Under the pieces are notes generated by a model, which saw only the letters and a list, made by a program, of their open reading frames with translations, was not told where the DNA came from and ran no database searches. From contig CAVQXL010000005.1 in assembly GCA_963717865.1 (NCBI GenBank), positions 408,255-472,254 on the forward strand: 64,000 nt of DNA, given 5' to 3'. The translations under genes were made by a program, and so were the position numbers. The first letter of the stretch is position 1; each line of letters starts with the position of its first letter. Source of the DNA: Candidatus Aminicenantes bacterium (GTDB lineage Bacteria; Acidobacteriota; Aminicenantia; Aminicenantales; Saccharicenantaceae). Shown piece by piece: positions 39,742 through 51,601 of this stretch.

Positions 39742-42700
39742 TCAGGCGACCTTTTTCCCGTTCTTGGTCTTAACCCTTTCGGCGATGACGTAGAACGCGG
39801 GAACGACGACCAGGCTCAGGGCCGTGGACAGGACCAGCCCGCCGATGACCGCGATGGCCATCGGGCGTCCGGATCTCCGAGCCCGGAGCCGAGCCCCAGG
39901 GCCGGCGGGATGGCCGCCATCAGCGTCGCCATGGCCGTCATCAGGATGGGCCGCAGCCGGATGGGCCCGGCCTTCTCCATCGCTTCCCTCGGGCTGAATC
40001 CCTGGGCCTTGAAGGCGTTGGCGTAGTCCACGAGGATGATCGAGTTCTTCTTGACGATCCCCATCAGGAGCAGGAGGCCGATCATGCTGAAGATGTTCAG
40101 GCTCTGGCCGGTGAGGACCAGGGCGAAGGCGGCCCCGGCGACCGAGAGCGGCAGGATGGTGATGATCGTGACCGGGTCCATGAAGGAGTTGAACTGCGAG
40201 GCCAGGATCATGTAGGCGATGGCGATCCCCAGGAACAGGGCGAAGAGCAGGCTGCTCATCGACTCCCGGAAGGCGACGCTCGCGCCGCCGAGGACGATGC
40301 GGTAGCCGACCGGCGAGCTCCCGGCCCAGCCCCTCGACGTAGCTGAGGGCCTCGTTCTGGGAGTGCCCGGGGGCGACGTTGGCGTAGATGGTGATGGCCC
40401 GCTCCCGGTCGCGGCGGGTGATGGCCTGGAGCGCCGGCTGCTCCTTCGTACGTCACGAGGGAGGACAGCGGGCACGAGATCGCCCGCCGCGCGTCCGCAC
40501 CTGCAGCCGGGCGATGTCCTCGGGCCGCGATCCGCTGGGCGGCCAGGAGCTTGAGGCGGACGTCGATGCGCCGGCCGCCCGTGCTGTATTTGCCGACCCG
40601 GACGCCGCCGACCAGGGCGTTGAGCGTCGTGGCCACGTCGTCGATCGAGACGCCGAATCGGCGGCCATGGCCCGGTCGGGGTCGACCCGCAGCTCGGGCA
40701 TGCCCGAGCTGGTAGTCGGTGTCGAGGTCGACGACCAGGCCGCTCTCGCGAAGCTTCGCCCATGACCCGTTGGCTCTGCCGCGACGAGCTGGTCCCAGTT
40801 CGAGCCGCGGACCGAGAACTCGACCGGGAAGCCGCGCTGGGCGGTGAAGCCCTGCTGGGAGAGGTCCTGGATGACCGCCCGGAGCCCCGGGATGGCGTTG
40901 AGCTCCCGGCGCAGGACGGCCGACGAACTCGGCCTGGCTGAGCTTTCGCTGCTTGCGCGGGACGAGGGTGACGAACAGATTGCCCTGGTTGACCCCGCCG
41001 CCGAATCCGCCGACGACGCCGAAGAGCTGGGTCGACCTCGGGCCGGCTGGCGACGATGTCCTCGGCCTTCTGGATGAGCTTGTCGGTCTCCGTCGAGGTC
41101 GGAGCCGACCGCGGTCTGCAGGCGGATCGAAAGCCGGCTCTGGTCCTGGGAGGGGACGAACTCGGCGGGCATCGGTCATGAAGACGCAGGAGCGCGCCGC
41201 GAACAGGACGAGCGCCCCGACGAGGATCAGGCCCGGGCGTCTTGAGGCTCGCGGCGCAGGACGCGCGCGTAGACCCTCTCGAGCCAGCGGAAGCCGTCGG
41301 TCGACGACGCGGCCCGACGCGGCTCCGGCCCTCCCGCGTCGTCTTCAGGAACTGCGAGCAGCGGGCCGGGGCCAGGGTGATCGCCTCGACGTAGGAGAGG
41401 AGCACGGCCAGGCAGAGGGTGACGCCGAACTGGAGGAAGAACCGGCCGATGATGCCCTTGATGAAGACGACGGGGATGAAGATGGCGACGACGGCCAGCG
41501 TCGCGGCCAGGGCGGCGAAGGCGATCTCGTGCGTCCCCTCGCGGGCGGCGGCGACGAGGCCCTTGCCGCCCTCCGCGTGGCGGAAGATGTTCTCCATGAC
41601 CATGATCGCGTCGTCGACGACGATGCCCACGGCCAGGGCCAGGCCGAGCAGGGTGAAGGTGTTGAAGGTGAAGCCGAGGAAATAGATGATGGCGATCGTC
41701 CCGAGCAGCGACATCGGGATGGCCAGGATGACGTTGAGCGTGCTCGAGAGCGAGCCGAGGAACATCCAGCAGACGAGGGCGGTCAGGAGGACGGAGAGGA
41801 TGAGCTCGAGCTCGATCTCGTGGACCGACTCCTCGATGAACTGCGTCGAGTCGAAGATCGATGCCGACGATCATCCCCTCGGGCAGGGTCTTCTGGATAT
41901 TCGGCCATGGCCGCCTTGGCACGCCTTGGCCACGGCGACGGCGTTGGCGCCGCGCTGCTTCTTGATGCCGATGCCCTGGGCCGGCACGCCGTTGACGCGG
42001 GCCAGCCGCCGGACGTCCTCGAAGCCGTCCTCGACGAGGGCGACGTCGCTGAGGTAGACGGGGCTCCCGCCGATCTCGCGGACGACGATGTGCCGGAGCG
42101 TCTCGAGGTCGAGCGGCCTCGCCGAGGACGCGGACGTTGACCTCGCGGCCGCGGCGTCTCGAGGCGCCCGGCCGGGAGCTCGACGTGCTCGCGCTGGAGG
42201 GCCGGGATGACGTCGGTGACGGTCAGGCCCTTCTCGTCGAGCTGGGCGGCGTCGAGCCAGATCCGGACGTTGCGGTCCAGGACGCCCATCATCGTGATCT
42301 CGCCGACGCCCGGGATGGTCTGGAGCTTCTCCTTCAGGCCGTAGCGGACGTAGTCGCTGAGGACGCGCGGGCGGGAACGGGCCGCCGAGGGAGACCATCA
42401 TGATCGGCTGGTCCTCGGGGTTGGTCTTGGAGATGACCGGCGGGTCGATGTCGCGGGGCAGGCGGCGCTGCGGCCTGGGAGACCTTGGTCTGGACGTCCT
42501 GGAGGGCGAGGTCGACGTTCCGCGAGAGGTCGAGCTCGACGGTGATCGTTGGCCGAGCCCTTGCGCGAGCTCGAGGTGATCGTCCGGAGCCCTCGACCTG
42601 GACCAGGGCCTCCTCGAGCGGCTCGACGACGTCGTTCTCGACGACCTCGGGGGCCGCGCCCTCCCAGGCGACGGAGACCGAGATGGTCGGGAAGTCGACG

Positions 42701-42817
42701 TCGGGGAACTGGCTGATGCCGATGCGCGTGGCCGCCACGAGGCCGAAGACGATCGGTCGCCGCCATGAGCATCCAGGCCAGGACCGGCTTCTTGACGCAG
42801 ACTTCGGTGAGGTTCAT
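39742..42817 (-). pseudogene. RND efflux transporter permease (AcrB/HAE1-like), frame broken many times
   Basis: Recognisable pieces lie in all three minus frames. Examples: MNLTEVCVKKPVLAWMLMAA.., ..ISQFPDVDFPTISVSVAWEGAAPEVVENDVVEPLEEAL.., ..RLPRDIDPPVISKTNPEDQPIMM.., ..FLGSLSSTLNVILAIPMSLLGTIAIIYFLGFTFNTFTLLGLALAVGIVVDDAIMVMENI.., ..NIFSMIGLLLLMGIVKKNSIILVDYA.., ..RRPMAIAVIGGLVLSTALSLVVVPAFYVIAE..*. The true stop appears to be 39742-39744. I estimate at least 10 frame changes. Confidence 0.85.
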
Positions 42818-42841
42818 GGCTGGTCTCCCGGGCGCTCCGGC

Positions 42842-44013
42842 CTAGTCCTTCCCGGGCACCGGCCGGTCGGGGGCGGGCGCGACCGCGGTCGCCGCGGAGG
42901 TCTCTTGACAGGCGCGCCGTCGCGCAGGGCCTCGGCGCCGCGGACGACGAGGCGCTCGCCGGGCTTGAGACCCGCTGAGGACCTCGACCTGGCCGTCGGC
43001 GGTCCGCATGCCGAGCTGGAGGATGCGCTCCGCCGCCGTATCGTTCTCGACGACGTAGGCGATGAAGCCGCGCTCGCTCGGCCGGATGGCCGTCTGCGGG
43101 ATGACCGGGGCCGTGCGCTCGCTGCTGACCGGGACCGTGATCTCGGCGAAGGCTCCGGGCCGCAGGGCCTCGTTCCGGTGTCCTCGACCTCGGCGGTGAC
43201 CGCCACCATCCGCGTGGCGTCGTCGGCGGACTCGGCGACGTGGACGATCTTCGCCGCGAACTGCGCCTCCGAGTTCCGGACCCGGAAATCGGCCTTCATG
43301 CCCGGGCCGGAGCCGGGCGGCGTCGCGCTCGGGGACCTTGAACCGGAGGAGCAGGGGATCGCGCCGGACGAGCGTCGCCAGGACGGTTCCGGTCTGGACG
43401 TACTGCTCCGGTCTGGACCGTCCGGGTCTGGAGGATCCCGGCGAACGGCGCCCGGACGTAGGCGTCGTGGAGGTTGAGCTTGGCCTGGTTGAGGGCGGCC
43501 TTCGTCTGGGCCACGTCGGACTTGGCCACGGCCACCCGGGTCCGCCAGGTCTCGACTTCTTCGCCGGGGATGAGGCCCGGGTTCTGTTCGGTGACGGTCT
43601 CGCGGCGCTTGAGGCCGGCCTCGGCGTCGGCCAGCGAGGCGACGGCCTTCTCGTAGAAGGCCTGGGCGGACTCGACGGCCAGGCGTGTAGCGCTCGGGCT
43701 CGATCTCGACGAGGACCTGATCGACCCGGGCGAGGTTCCCTTCCGCGAAGAGGACGCGGTCGACGACGCCCGACACGCGGGCCGTGACCTGGACCTTCTC
43801 GAAGGCGTCGACCGAGCCGACGGCGTTGACGGTGTAGACGAGCGACCGGAGCGCGACGGGCTGGGTTTCGACCGGGAACATGATCTTGGACCTGTCGAAG
43901 GCGGCTTCTGGCGCCTCCGCTTGGCCGCCCGCGGGGCCCTTCTTGCAGGACGCGGCGGGAAGGGCGAGGGCGACCGCGACGATGACGGGTACGATGATCT
44001 TCTTCGTGTTCAC
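42842..44013 (-). pseudogene. RND efflux periplasmic adaptor (membrane-fusion protein), several frame breaks
   Basis: GTG 44013 overlaps the TolC stop. Lipobox ALALPAASC. ..VQVTARVSGVVDRVLFAEGNLARVDQVLVEIEPERY.. is the lipoyl-like motif. Later parts are in other frames (..AKSDVAQTKAALNQAKLNLHDAYVRAPFAGI..). The probable real stop is TAG 42842-42844. Confidence 0.75.
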
Positions 44014-45356
44014 AGCGTTGGCTCCTTGCCGAACGGATCGAGTCCCAGTGCGGCTTCGAGATTCAGAAAGGCGATCCCCACTCCGTAGCGTTCCCGGACG
44101 AGCTCGACCTCGGCCTCGAACAGGCTGACGTTGGCGTCGGCGGCCTCGAGGGCCGTGCTGAGGCCCTGCCGGTAGAGCTCGGCCGTTTCGACGGCGTTCT
44201 TCCCGGCGACCTCGCGCGCAACCTCGGCCTGCTTCAGGGTGGCCCGTTGGTTCTCCAGAGAGACCAGGGCGTCCCGGACGTCGAGCTCGACCTTGCGCAT
44301 GGTCGCCTTGACGTCGAGGTCGGCCAGAACGGCCAGGGCCTTACGCTCTTTATAGTCGGCATTGCGGCTGAACCCGTCGAAAACGGCCCAGGTCAGGGTC
44401 AGGCCCAGGTTCCAGTTCGTCGGGCGCCCGGTCAGGCCCGTTTCGTTCGTGTAGCTGTACTGGCCGTTGAAGCTCAGGGAGGGAAGCCAGCGGAGCATCG
44501 GCTCGATCATCAGGGCGCGTTGGCCCTTGGCATAGAAACGCAGGGAGCCCAGGTCGAGCCGGCGGTCCTGGGCCTCGACGATCATCCGTTCGACGTCTTG
44601 CGGCCCCTCCTCGGCTTCGCGGAGCAGGAACTCGGGGATGATGAGCTTCTTCCGGGCGGATTCCATGTCGGCGAGGAGGAAGCCCAGCTCGAGATAGGTC
44701 GTCTCGACCTGTCCCTTGACCTGGATGACCCCCATCTCCGCCGTGGCGTACTCGAGCTCGGCCCGGGTCACGTCGTTGACCGAGACCAGCCCGGCCGCGT
44801 AGCGGGCCTTCGCGGCCTCGAGGGATTGACGGGCGTATTCGAAGCGGTTCCGGGACGCCTCGAGGACCTGGTCCGTGCCCAGGGTGGCCAGGAACGCGTT
44901 CCCGACCTCGAAGGACAGCTGCCTCCGGCTCTCGGCCGAGGCGAAACGCTGGGCGTTCCGCTCGGAATTCGCCTGGAGGAGGGCCGGCAGGCTCCTGGCG
45001 TCGAACAGGGTCATGTTGACTTGGGCCACGCCGGCCAGGGCGTTGTAGCTCTGGATGACGATATCGGTGTCCCCGACCGTCCTTTTGACTTCGTAGGGGC
45101 GGCGGGTGTAGGTGCCCGTGGTGGTCAGCGTCGGCATGAAATACGACCGGGCCTTCATGGCGCGGGCCTCGGCCGCCCTGATCTCGGCGTCCGCGGACAG
45201 CGCCCGTTCGTTCCGGGTGAGCGCCAGCCGGACGGCCGTTTCAAGGGTCAGGCCGGCGTCCTCGGCGTGAGCGATCGAGGGGGCCAGGGCCAAAAGAACG
45301 CCGACGACGGCCACGGCCGGACGGCGGCTCAACCGCGATAGGATGTCTTTGTTCAT
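44010..45356 (-). CDS. TolC-family outer-membrane efflux protein
   Basis: Start ATG 45356 lies inside listed ORF 44010..45410. It has a signal peptide (VGVLLALAPSIAHA) and two OEP repeats with long coiled-coil segments. The ORF is intact. Confidence 0.8.
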   Translation of the reverse strand: MNKDILSRLSRRPAVAVVGVLLALAPSIAHAEDAGLTLETAVRLALTRNERALSADAEIRAAEARAMKARSYFMPTLTTTGTYTRRPYEVKRTVGDTDIVIQSYNALAGVAQVNMTLFDARSLPALLQANSERNAQRFASAESRRQLSFEVGNAFLATLGTDQVLEASRNRFEYARQSLEAAKARYAAGLVSVNDVTRAELEYATAEMGVIQVKGQVETTYLELGFLLADMESARKKLIIPEFLLREAEEGPQDVERMIVEAQDRRLDLGSLRFYAKGQRALMIEPMLRWLPSLSFNGQYSYTNETGLTGRPTNWNLGLTLTWAVFDGFSRNADYKERKALAVLADLDVKATMRKVELDVRDALVSLENQRATLKQAEVAREVAGKNAVETAELYRQGLSTALEAADANVSLFEAEVELVRERYGVGIAFLNLEAALGLDPFGKEPTL

Positions 45357-45467
45357 CTTAAAGGCTCGTTTCTGTCCGGATATAGCTATCCATAATATTT
45401 GAGACGTCATATCTTGTCAAAACTTCCAGGCGGCGGAAAAATAGCCGAAGACCGCCGCGGCTCCCCT

Positions 45468-47130
45468 CTAGCCGCGGAACAGGAGGGAGACAATGACCTG
45501 GGCGATGAGGATCTTCATGACCATGGCGGCCGGGTAGACCGTCGCGTACCAGATGTTCGGCTGGTCGCCGCCGGACTGCTGGTTGGCGTAGGCCAGGCAG
45601 GCCGGCTGGGTCTGGAGCCCGGACATCATGCCCATCGCCGCGGGCATCGGGAGCTTGAAGGACTTGACCGCCACGAGGAGGGCGAGGACCGTCGCGGCGG
45701 ACGTCACGACGGCGCCGGCGGCGAGGATCGTCAGCCCGCCGCCCTTGATCGTCGTGATGAAGCTGTAGCCGGCCCGAGTGCCGATCCCCGCCAGGAAGAA
45801 GACGAGCCCGGTCTGCCGGAGGACGAGGTTGGCGCTCGTCGGCACGACCCAGCGGATGGGCCCAGTCCGCTGGAGCCGGCCGAGGACGAGGGCCACGACG
45901 AGCGGCCCCCCGGCGAAGCCGAGCTTGAACTTCAACCCTCCCGGCAGGGGGATGGGGACGAGCCCCACGAACACGCCGAGGACGATGCCGAGCGAAAGCG
46001 AAAGGAAGTCGGTCTCGGCGATGGACTGAAGGGAGTCCCCGAAGAAGCGGGTGACCTCGGCCAGCCGTCTCCCGGAAGGCCACGACCCGGATGCGGTCGC
46101 CGAGCTCGAGGACCATGCCTGACGTGGGGACGAACTCGACGTCCCCGCGGCGGAGCCGGGTGATGGTGGCGTTGAACCGCTCCTCGAGGCGAAGGTCCCG
46201 GACCGTCTTCCCGACGGCTTCCCGGCTCGAGACGAACAGGCGCCGGGACGTGATGGCCCCGATCTCTTCCGCCAGGTTCCTCGGCGAGACCTCGCCGAAC
46301 AGGACGAGGGCCTGGTCGAGCGCGGCGGACGTGCCGACGGCGACGACGAGATCGCCGCGGGCGAGGACGGCGTCCGGCCGGACGACGTCCACTTTATCAG
46401 CCTTCATGATGCGGCTCAGGGAAAAGGTCCGCCTGGGGACCAGGGCCAGGGCCTCGTTGAAGGTCTTCCCGATGACGGCCGGATTCGTAACCTGATAGGT
46501 TCGGCTGAAGATGGCTCCGGCCGCTTTCCCCGAGTCGCCTTCGGGCCCTTCCTGCCGGAGGTCGGTCTTGAAGATCTTCGAGAACAGGAAGAACCAGAGG
46601 ATGACGCCCAGGACGCCGAAGGGATAGGCCAGGCTGTAGGCCACGACGGGCGACGCGGCGTTCGCGGCCTGGGCCGCGGCCGGGAGGCTCCCCGACAGCC
46701 CCTTGACGGTCTCGACCGTCGCCGCGAGCGCCGGGGTGTTCGTGAAGGAGCCGCAGAACAGTCCGGCCGCCGTGGCCGCGGAGAACCCGAAGAGACGGGC
46801 GAGGAGCGCGGTCAGGCCGCCTCCGGCGGCGAGGATCGCCACGGTCGCCAGGTTTATCCGAAGGCCGCGCTTGTTGAAGGACGCGAAGAAGCCGGGGCCG
46901 GAGTGGAGGCCGACGGCGTAGACGAAAAGCACGAGACCGAGGATGTGGATGTGCTCGGGAAGGGCGAGGCGCGGGTCGAGGGCGCCGACGGCGATGCCGA
47001 CGAAGAGCACGGCCACGACACCGAGCTTGAAGCCGGCGATCTTGACGCTCCCGACAAGATAGCCGAGGCCGATCACGGTGAAGAGCAGGAGGAGCGGGTT
47101 CCCCGCGAGCAGGTCGATCATCGGGCGCAC
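45468..47130 (-). pseudogene. AspT/YidE/YbjL-family transporter with central RCK_C (TrkA-C) domains, one frame break
   Basis: N-terminal half: ..LLLFTVIGLGYLVGSVKIAGFKLGVVAVLFVG... Two RCK_C-like segments follow (..DVVRPDAVLARGDLVVAVG.., ..FVPTSGMVLELGDRIRVVAF..). The C-terminal half is in listed ORF 45468..45974 after an extra base at ~46065. Confidence 0.7.
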
Positions 47131-47137
47131 GACCTCC

Positions 47138-48709
47138 TCATTTTAGGCCTTTTCTCATATAAAGGAAGGCCTTCGTTCGGTCCGGCAGGAGGAACGATTT
47201 CCACAGACGGAAGGGGAGCCCGGTCGGGGTTTGGTCCTTCAGCGATTCCTTGATCCAGTCCCGGAAAGCCGCCCGCTCCTTCAGGGTGTGCCGCACGGCG
47301 AGGGGGCCCGCCTTGGTGATCAGAACGTCATACCCCTCGAGCGCCTCGATCGATCCCGGGGCCGTTCCGACGGGGTCGATGACGAAGGGCCGGTTCTCGA
47401 TATGGGCGGTGAACCTGAAGGTGCTGAAGTTGAAATAGGCGAGGTCGGGAAGGAACGCGATGCGGAGCGGCCGGTCGGGCCAACGGTCGGCCACCGATTT
47501 CAGGATCTCCCCGGCCTTCCAATCCTCGCTCCGGGGAGGACGGGCATAGGCGTTCTTCAGGCCCGCCGGGCTTCCGAAGGACAAGGCGAAGAACTGGACG
47601 GTCCCGACGAGGGCGAGGAGCCCCCAGGCGGCCCGCTTTACCGTCCGGGGCCTCAGGGCGTCGAGGCCCGCTGCCGCCAGGATGAGCGGCGCCGCGAGAA
47701 GCGGAGCGATGTACCGGCCGTCCTTGTTCGGAAGGACGAGGAAGACGAGGAAGGCGGGCAGGGCCCAGGCCAGGAGAAAGGCCAGGGCTCCGGCCTTTTT
47801 CCGGGCGAGAGGGATGAAGGCCGCCAGGCCCAGGAGCACGAAGATCCCGAGGGGCCGCGAGACGAGGTGCCCCGCGAGGGCCCTCCAATACCAGCGGAAC
47901 GAGAGGCCCAAAGCGGAAGGGTCGCCCTCGCGCAACGCGTCCGAGGAAAGGGAATGGGCGGCGCCCGACGCGATGCTCGCCGAGTTGGCCGCGTACCAGG
48001 GCAGGGCGACGATCAGAGCCACGAAGAAGACTATCGCCAGAGAGGCCAGGACCTTCCCGGCGGGCGGACGGCGCCGTTTGATCTCTCCCGCGAACACGAC
48101 CAGGAACGATCCGGCCACGAAGACGATCGCCGTCCACTTGATCAGGACTGACAGGCCGAGCGCCAGGCCGAGGGCCCAGCTCTTTTTCCGGTCGGTTCCG
48201 GCCCGGGTCTCGAGGATCGCGTATTGGGTCAGCGCGACCATGGCGATGACGGGAAGGTCCAGGAGGATCTCGCGGGAAAGGCCGTAAACGACCGGGCAGA
48301 GCGCGATGAGGACCGCCGCCCCGGTCCCGACGGCGGGAGAGAACAGGCGGTCGCCGATCTTGATGACCGCAAAGACGAGGACCAGGAGGAAAACGATCTC
48401 CGAAAGGGCGAGAACCGCGGTGGAGAACCCGAACAGGAAGCTCCAGGGGACCGTGCTGACATAAAAGAACGGCGGGTAATACGAGGAGACCGTGAGGAGC
48501 TTGGTCAGCGAGAGCCTCATGGGCTCGCCGAACAGCCGAAAATAGGTCAGGCAATGATCGGCGTGGGCGGCCTGGTCCCACGCCGGGGGCAGGGTGTCGC
48601 GGCCGAGCCAGACGAGGTTGTTGATGAGATAGAAGAGCCCGATGCCCCCGACGAGGACGGCCGTCCGCCGCCTTTCGTAGAACGCACCTATCCTCGCGAA
48701 TATCGTCAT
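47138..48709 (-). CDS. GT39/ArnT-like membrane glycosyltransferase (PMT_2-type)
   Basis: Intact 523-aa ORF with more than 10 TM helices in the N-terminal two-thirds and a soluble C-terminal domain. The early loop ..DTLPPAWDQAAHADH.. resembles the DE/DD loop region of this family. Confidence 0.65.
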   Translation of the reverse strand: MTIFARIGAFYERRRTAVLVGGIGLFYLINNLVWLGRDTLPPAWDQAAHADHCLTYFRLFGEPMRLSLTKLLTVSSYYPPFFYVSTVPWSFLFGFSTAVLALSEIVFLLVLVFAVIKIGDRLFSPAVGTGAAVLIALCPVVYGLSREILLDLPVIAMVALTQYAILETRAGTDRKKSWALGLALGLSVLIKWTAIVFVAGSFLVVFAGEIKRRRPPAGKVLASLAIVFFVALIVALPWYAANSASIASGAAHSLSSDALREGDPSALGLSFRWYWRALAGHLVSRPLGIFVLLGLAAFIPLARKKAGALAFLLAWALPAFLVFLVLPNKDGRYIAPLLAAPLILAAAGLDALRPRTVKRAAWGLLALVGTVQFFALSFGSPAGLKNAYARPPRSEDWKAGEILKSVADRWPDRPLRIAFLPDLAYFNFSTFRFTAHIENRPFVIDPVGTAPGSIEALEGYDVLITKAGPLAVRHTLKERAAFRDWIKESLKDQTPTGLPFRLWKSFLLPDRTKAFLYMRKGLK

Positions 48710-48799
48710 GGTGTTACAGGATCCCCGGCCGGATGAACGGCCTCCCGCCCTTTATAACAGAACCCGGTTCCCCGGTCAATCCGGGCGTGGGCGCGCCGC

Positions 48800-49459
48800 T
48801 CAGAGGCTCCGGAACACGACTATCAGGGCGAGGCTTGAGGCCAGGGCGAGCGACGGCGCCAGGATCCGGGACTCGAAGAGCTTCGTTCTCTCTCCGAACC
48901 TCATCCCGATCGGTACGGTGAGGAGCGACAGGGCCAGCGCGATGGGCCCGTAATACCAGGCGAGGGGGATGGATGTGCCCGCGGCCAGGCAGGCCGGCGA
49001 CCCGGTGAAGGCGCCGACGAGCGGGAAGCCCGCGACGGCGAGGAACGCCCCCGCGCCGCCCATCAGGACCCGGCCGGACGTCCGCTCGCCCCGGCTTCGG
49101 CCGACGCAAACCGCCGCGACGAGAAAGGCTGCCCCCTCCAGGACGAATGCGAACGCCGGGTTCGCGACCGCCCCGGAGCCGACGGGAAGCCCGAGGAGAA
49201 GGGCGTCGAACATCTTGAACAGGACGGCGATCCCGACCAGGAGGGCCACATCGAGGGCCTTCTTCGAGGTCGCCCAGGCCGCCGCGATGAAGAACAGCGC
49301 CACTCCGGTCATCAGCGACCCCGAGATCGATCTTGCGCAGGCCTGCAATCCCGCCCCCAGGGCGCACTCGGCGAGGCCCCAGACCGCCCCCAGGGCGATG
49401 ATCGTCCCCGTTCTCTTCACGATCGTTCCTTCGTTCATGCTCGATTCCTTTCCGTTCAT
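48800..49459 (-). CDS. Hypothetical polytopic membrane protein, translationally coupled to the Mo-hydroxylase large subunit
   Basis: ATG 49459-49457 overlaps the upstream TGA 49458-49456 (ATGA). The ~219-aa protein has about 6 hydrophobic helices, no histidine and 5 Cys. No family recognised. Confidence 0.55.
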   Translation of the reverse strand: MNGKESSMNEGTIVKRTGTIIALGAVWGLAECALGAGLQACARSISGSLMTGVALFFIAAAWATSKKALDVALLVGIAVLFKMFDALLLGLPVGSGAVANPAFAFVLEGAAFLVAAVCVGRSRGERTSGRVLMGGAGAFLAVAGFPLVGAFTGSPACLAAGTSIPLAWYYGPIALALSLLTVPIGMRFGERTKLFESRILAPSLALASSLALIVVFRSL

Positions 49460-51601
49460 TTCGCCGCCGCTCCCGCGAGCGCCGCTTTCACCCTTGCCGG
49501 GGTCATCGGAAGCCGGACGAGCCGGGCCCCCGTCGCGTCGAACACCGCGTTGGCCAGGACCGCCCCCATATTGATGATGGCGGGCTCCCCGCCGCCCGAA
49601 GCCGGGAGGGCGTCGTTCGCGACGATGATCGCCTCGATCTTCGGGAGCCACGAAAAGCGCGGGATCTCGTAGGTGTCGAAGTTCAGGTCGCGGACATCGC
49701 CCCCCTTGAAATGGACCTCCTCGGTCAGGGCGTATCCGAGGCCCATGGTCACGCATCCTTCGATCTGGATCCGCGCCCCCTCGGGATTGATGCACTGGCC
49801 CATGTCCTGGGCGCAGACGACCCTCTTGACCTGGATGTGCCCGGTTTTTTTATCGACGTCGACCTCGGCGGCGGTGGCGACATACGTCCCCAGGTAATCC
49901 GAGCAGACGACGGCGACGCCGCGGCCGCTCGGGGCGGCCCCCGGCTTCCAGCCGAATCCGTCCGCGGCGGCGCGGAGGACCCGCTTCATCCGCTCGTCGG
50001 CCAGGTTCCTCAGCCGGAATTCGAGCGGGTCCACTCCCGCTTTGGCGGCCATGACGTCTATCTGGCACTCGCGGGCGAAGACGTTGGTGTTGGAGCCCGG
50101 CGCCCGCCAGGCCCCGACCGCGAAGGGATGGGCGTCGGCCCCGCCGCCCCATTGCCCCCTCGAAACGGTCCGGTGGTGGGGGATGTCGTAGAACTGGGCC
50201 GAGCTCCGGTCTCCCGCGAAAAGGACCTCGAAATCCCAGAGAACGATCTTGCCGCCCCCGTCCATGCCCGACCTGATCCTGACGACGGCGGCCGGGCGGA
50301 AGGAGTCGTTGAAGAATTCGCCGGCCCGGTCCCAGGCCACCTGGACCGGCTTCCCGGCGAGCTTCGACAGCCGGACGGCCTGGACCGCCTGGATGTTCCG
50401 GGTCTTGCCGCCGAATCCGCCGCCGACGAACGGCGTGATGACCCGGACGTTCGCGGGCGGGACGCCGAGCGTTTGGGCGACTTCGTCCTTGAGCCGGAAT
50501 GGCGCCTGGGTCGATGCCCAGACCGTGGCCCGGTCCCCTTCGACGCTCGCCAGGGCGGTATGGGGTTCAATAGGCGCGTGCGCGACGTAGCCGTTCAGCC
50601 AGCTTTCGTCGAACATCTCGGCCGCGAGGGCTTCGCCCTTCTTGAGGTCCCCGCCCTCCGCCACGACGCGGGCCTCCGGCGCCACGGAGCGCAGGTGCTC
50701 GAAGATGTTCTCGTCGTCAAGCTTCGCTTCGGGCATGTCGTATTCGGCCTTGACGAGGGCTAATGCCGCTTCGGCCGCGTCCGGAAGCTCATGAAGGGCG
50801 GCGACGAGGTCGCCGTCCCGAAGGATCCTGATCCCCTCGAGCTTTTCCGCCGCCGTCGTGTCCAGGGCTCTTCAGCTTCGCGCCGTGGGCCGGAGGCCTG
50901 AGGACCTTGGCATAGAGCATCCCCGGCAGGCGGATATCGCCGGCGAACAGGGCCTTTCCCGTGACCTTGTCGCGGGCATCCCTGTGGAGGAAGGGCTTTC
51001 CCATGACCTTCCACTCTCCCACCGGCTTGGGCGAGGGCTTGGGCGTGATATGGCGTTCGATGCGCTTACCCGCCGCGAGCTCGGCGTAAGAGACCTTCAC
51101 GGCCGGACGGGAGGCGTCATGGACGATCCCGTCGCGGACCGCGAGCCGGTCTTTCGGAACTCCCAGCTTTTCGGAGGCGAGCTCCAGCAGGACACTCCGG
51201 GCCTCCGCCGCGGCCGCCCGCAGGGCCGGCCCGAAATACCGAGTGGTCTGCGAGCCGAACGTCCCCATGTCCCACGGGCAGACGTCCGTATCTCCCATGA
51301 CCATGTCCACGGAATCGACCGGGACGTCCAGCTCGTCGGCGATCATCTGAGGGAGGGACGTGATCGCGCCCTGGCCCATCTCGATCTTTCCCGTGTAGCC
51401 GGTGACCCGGCCGTCCTCCCCGACGCGGAGGTAGGCATTGAAGTCCTCGGGATAGCTCGGCCCCTGCCTTCGGGCCTCCTGGAGGCCGGAGAGGTCGTCG
51501 AGCGAGACGGCGACGATCACGCCGCCTCCGGCTATCTTCAGGAAATCCCGGCGGGCCAGCCCTCCCGGTCGCGAATATTCGTCGAGCCTGTCATTCTTCA
51601 T
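49456..51601 (-). pseudogene. Molybdopterin-binding large subunit of a xanthine-dehydrogenase-family hydroxylase (IorB/aldehyde oxidoreductase type) with Tat signal, one frame break
   Basis: ATG 51601 overlaps the small-subunit stop (ATGA). Twin-arginine motif ARRDFLKIAGGG. Other motifs: ..GKIEMGQGAITSL.., ..FVGGGFGGK.., ..GGGEPAI... An extra base at ~50866 joins ORF 50789..51781 to ORF 49456..50736. Confidence 0.85.
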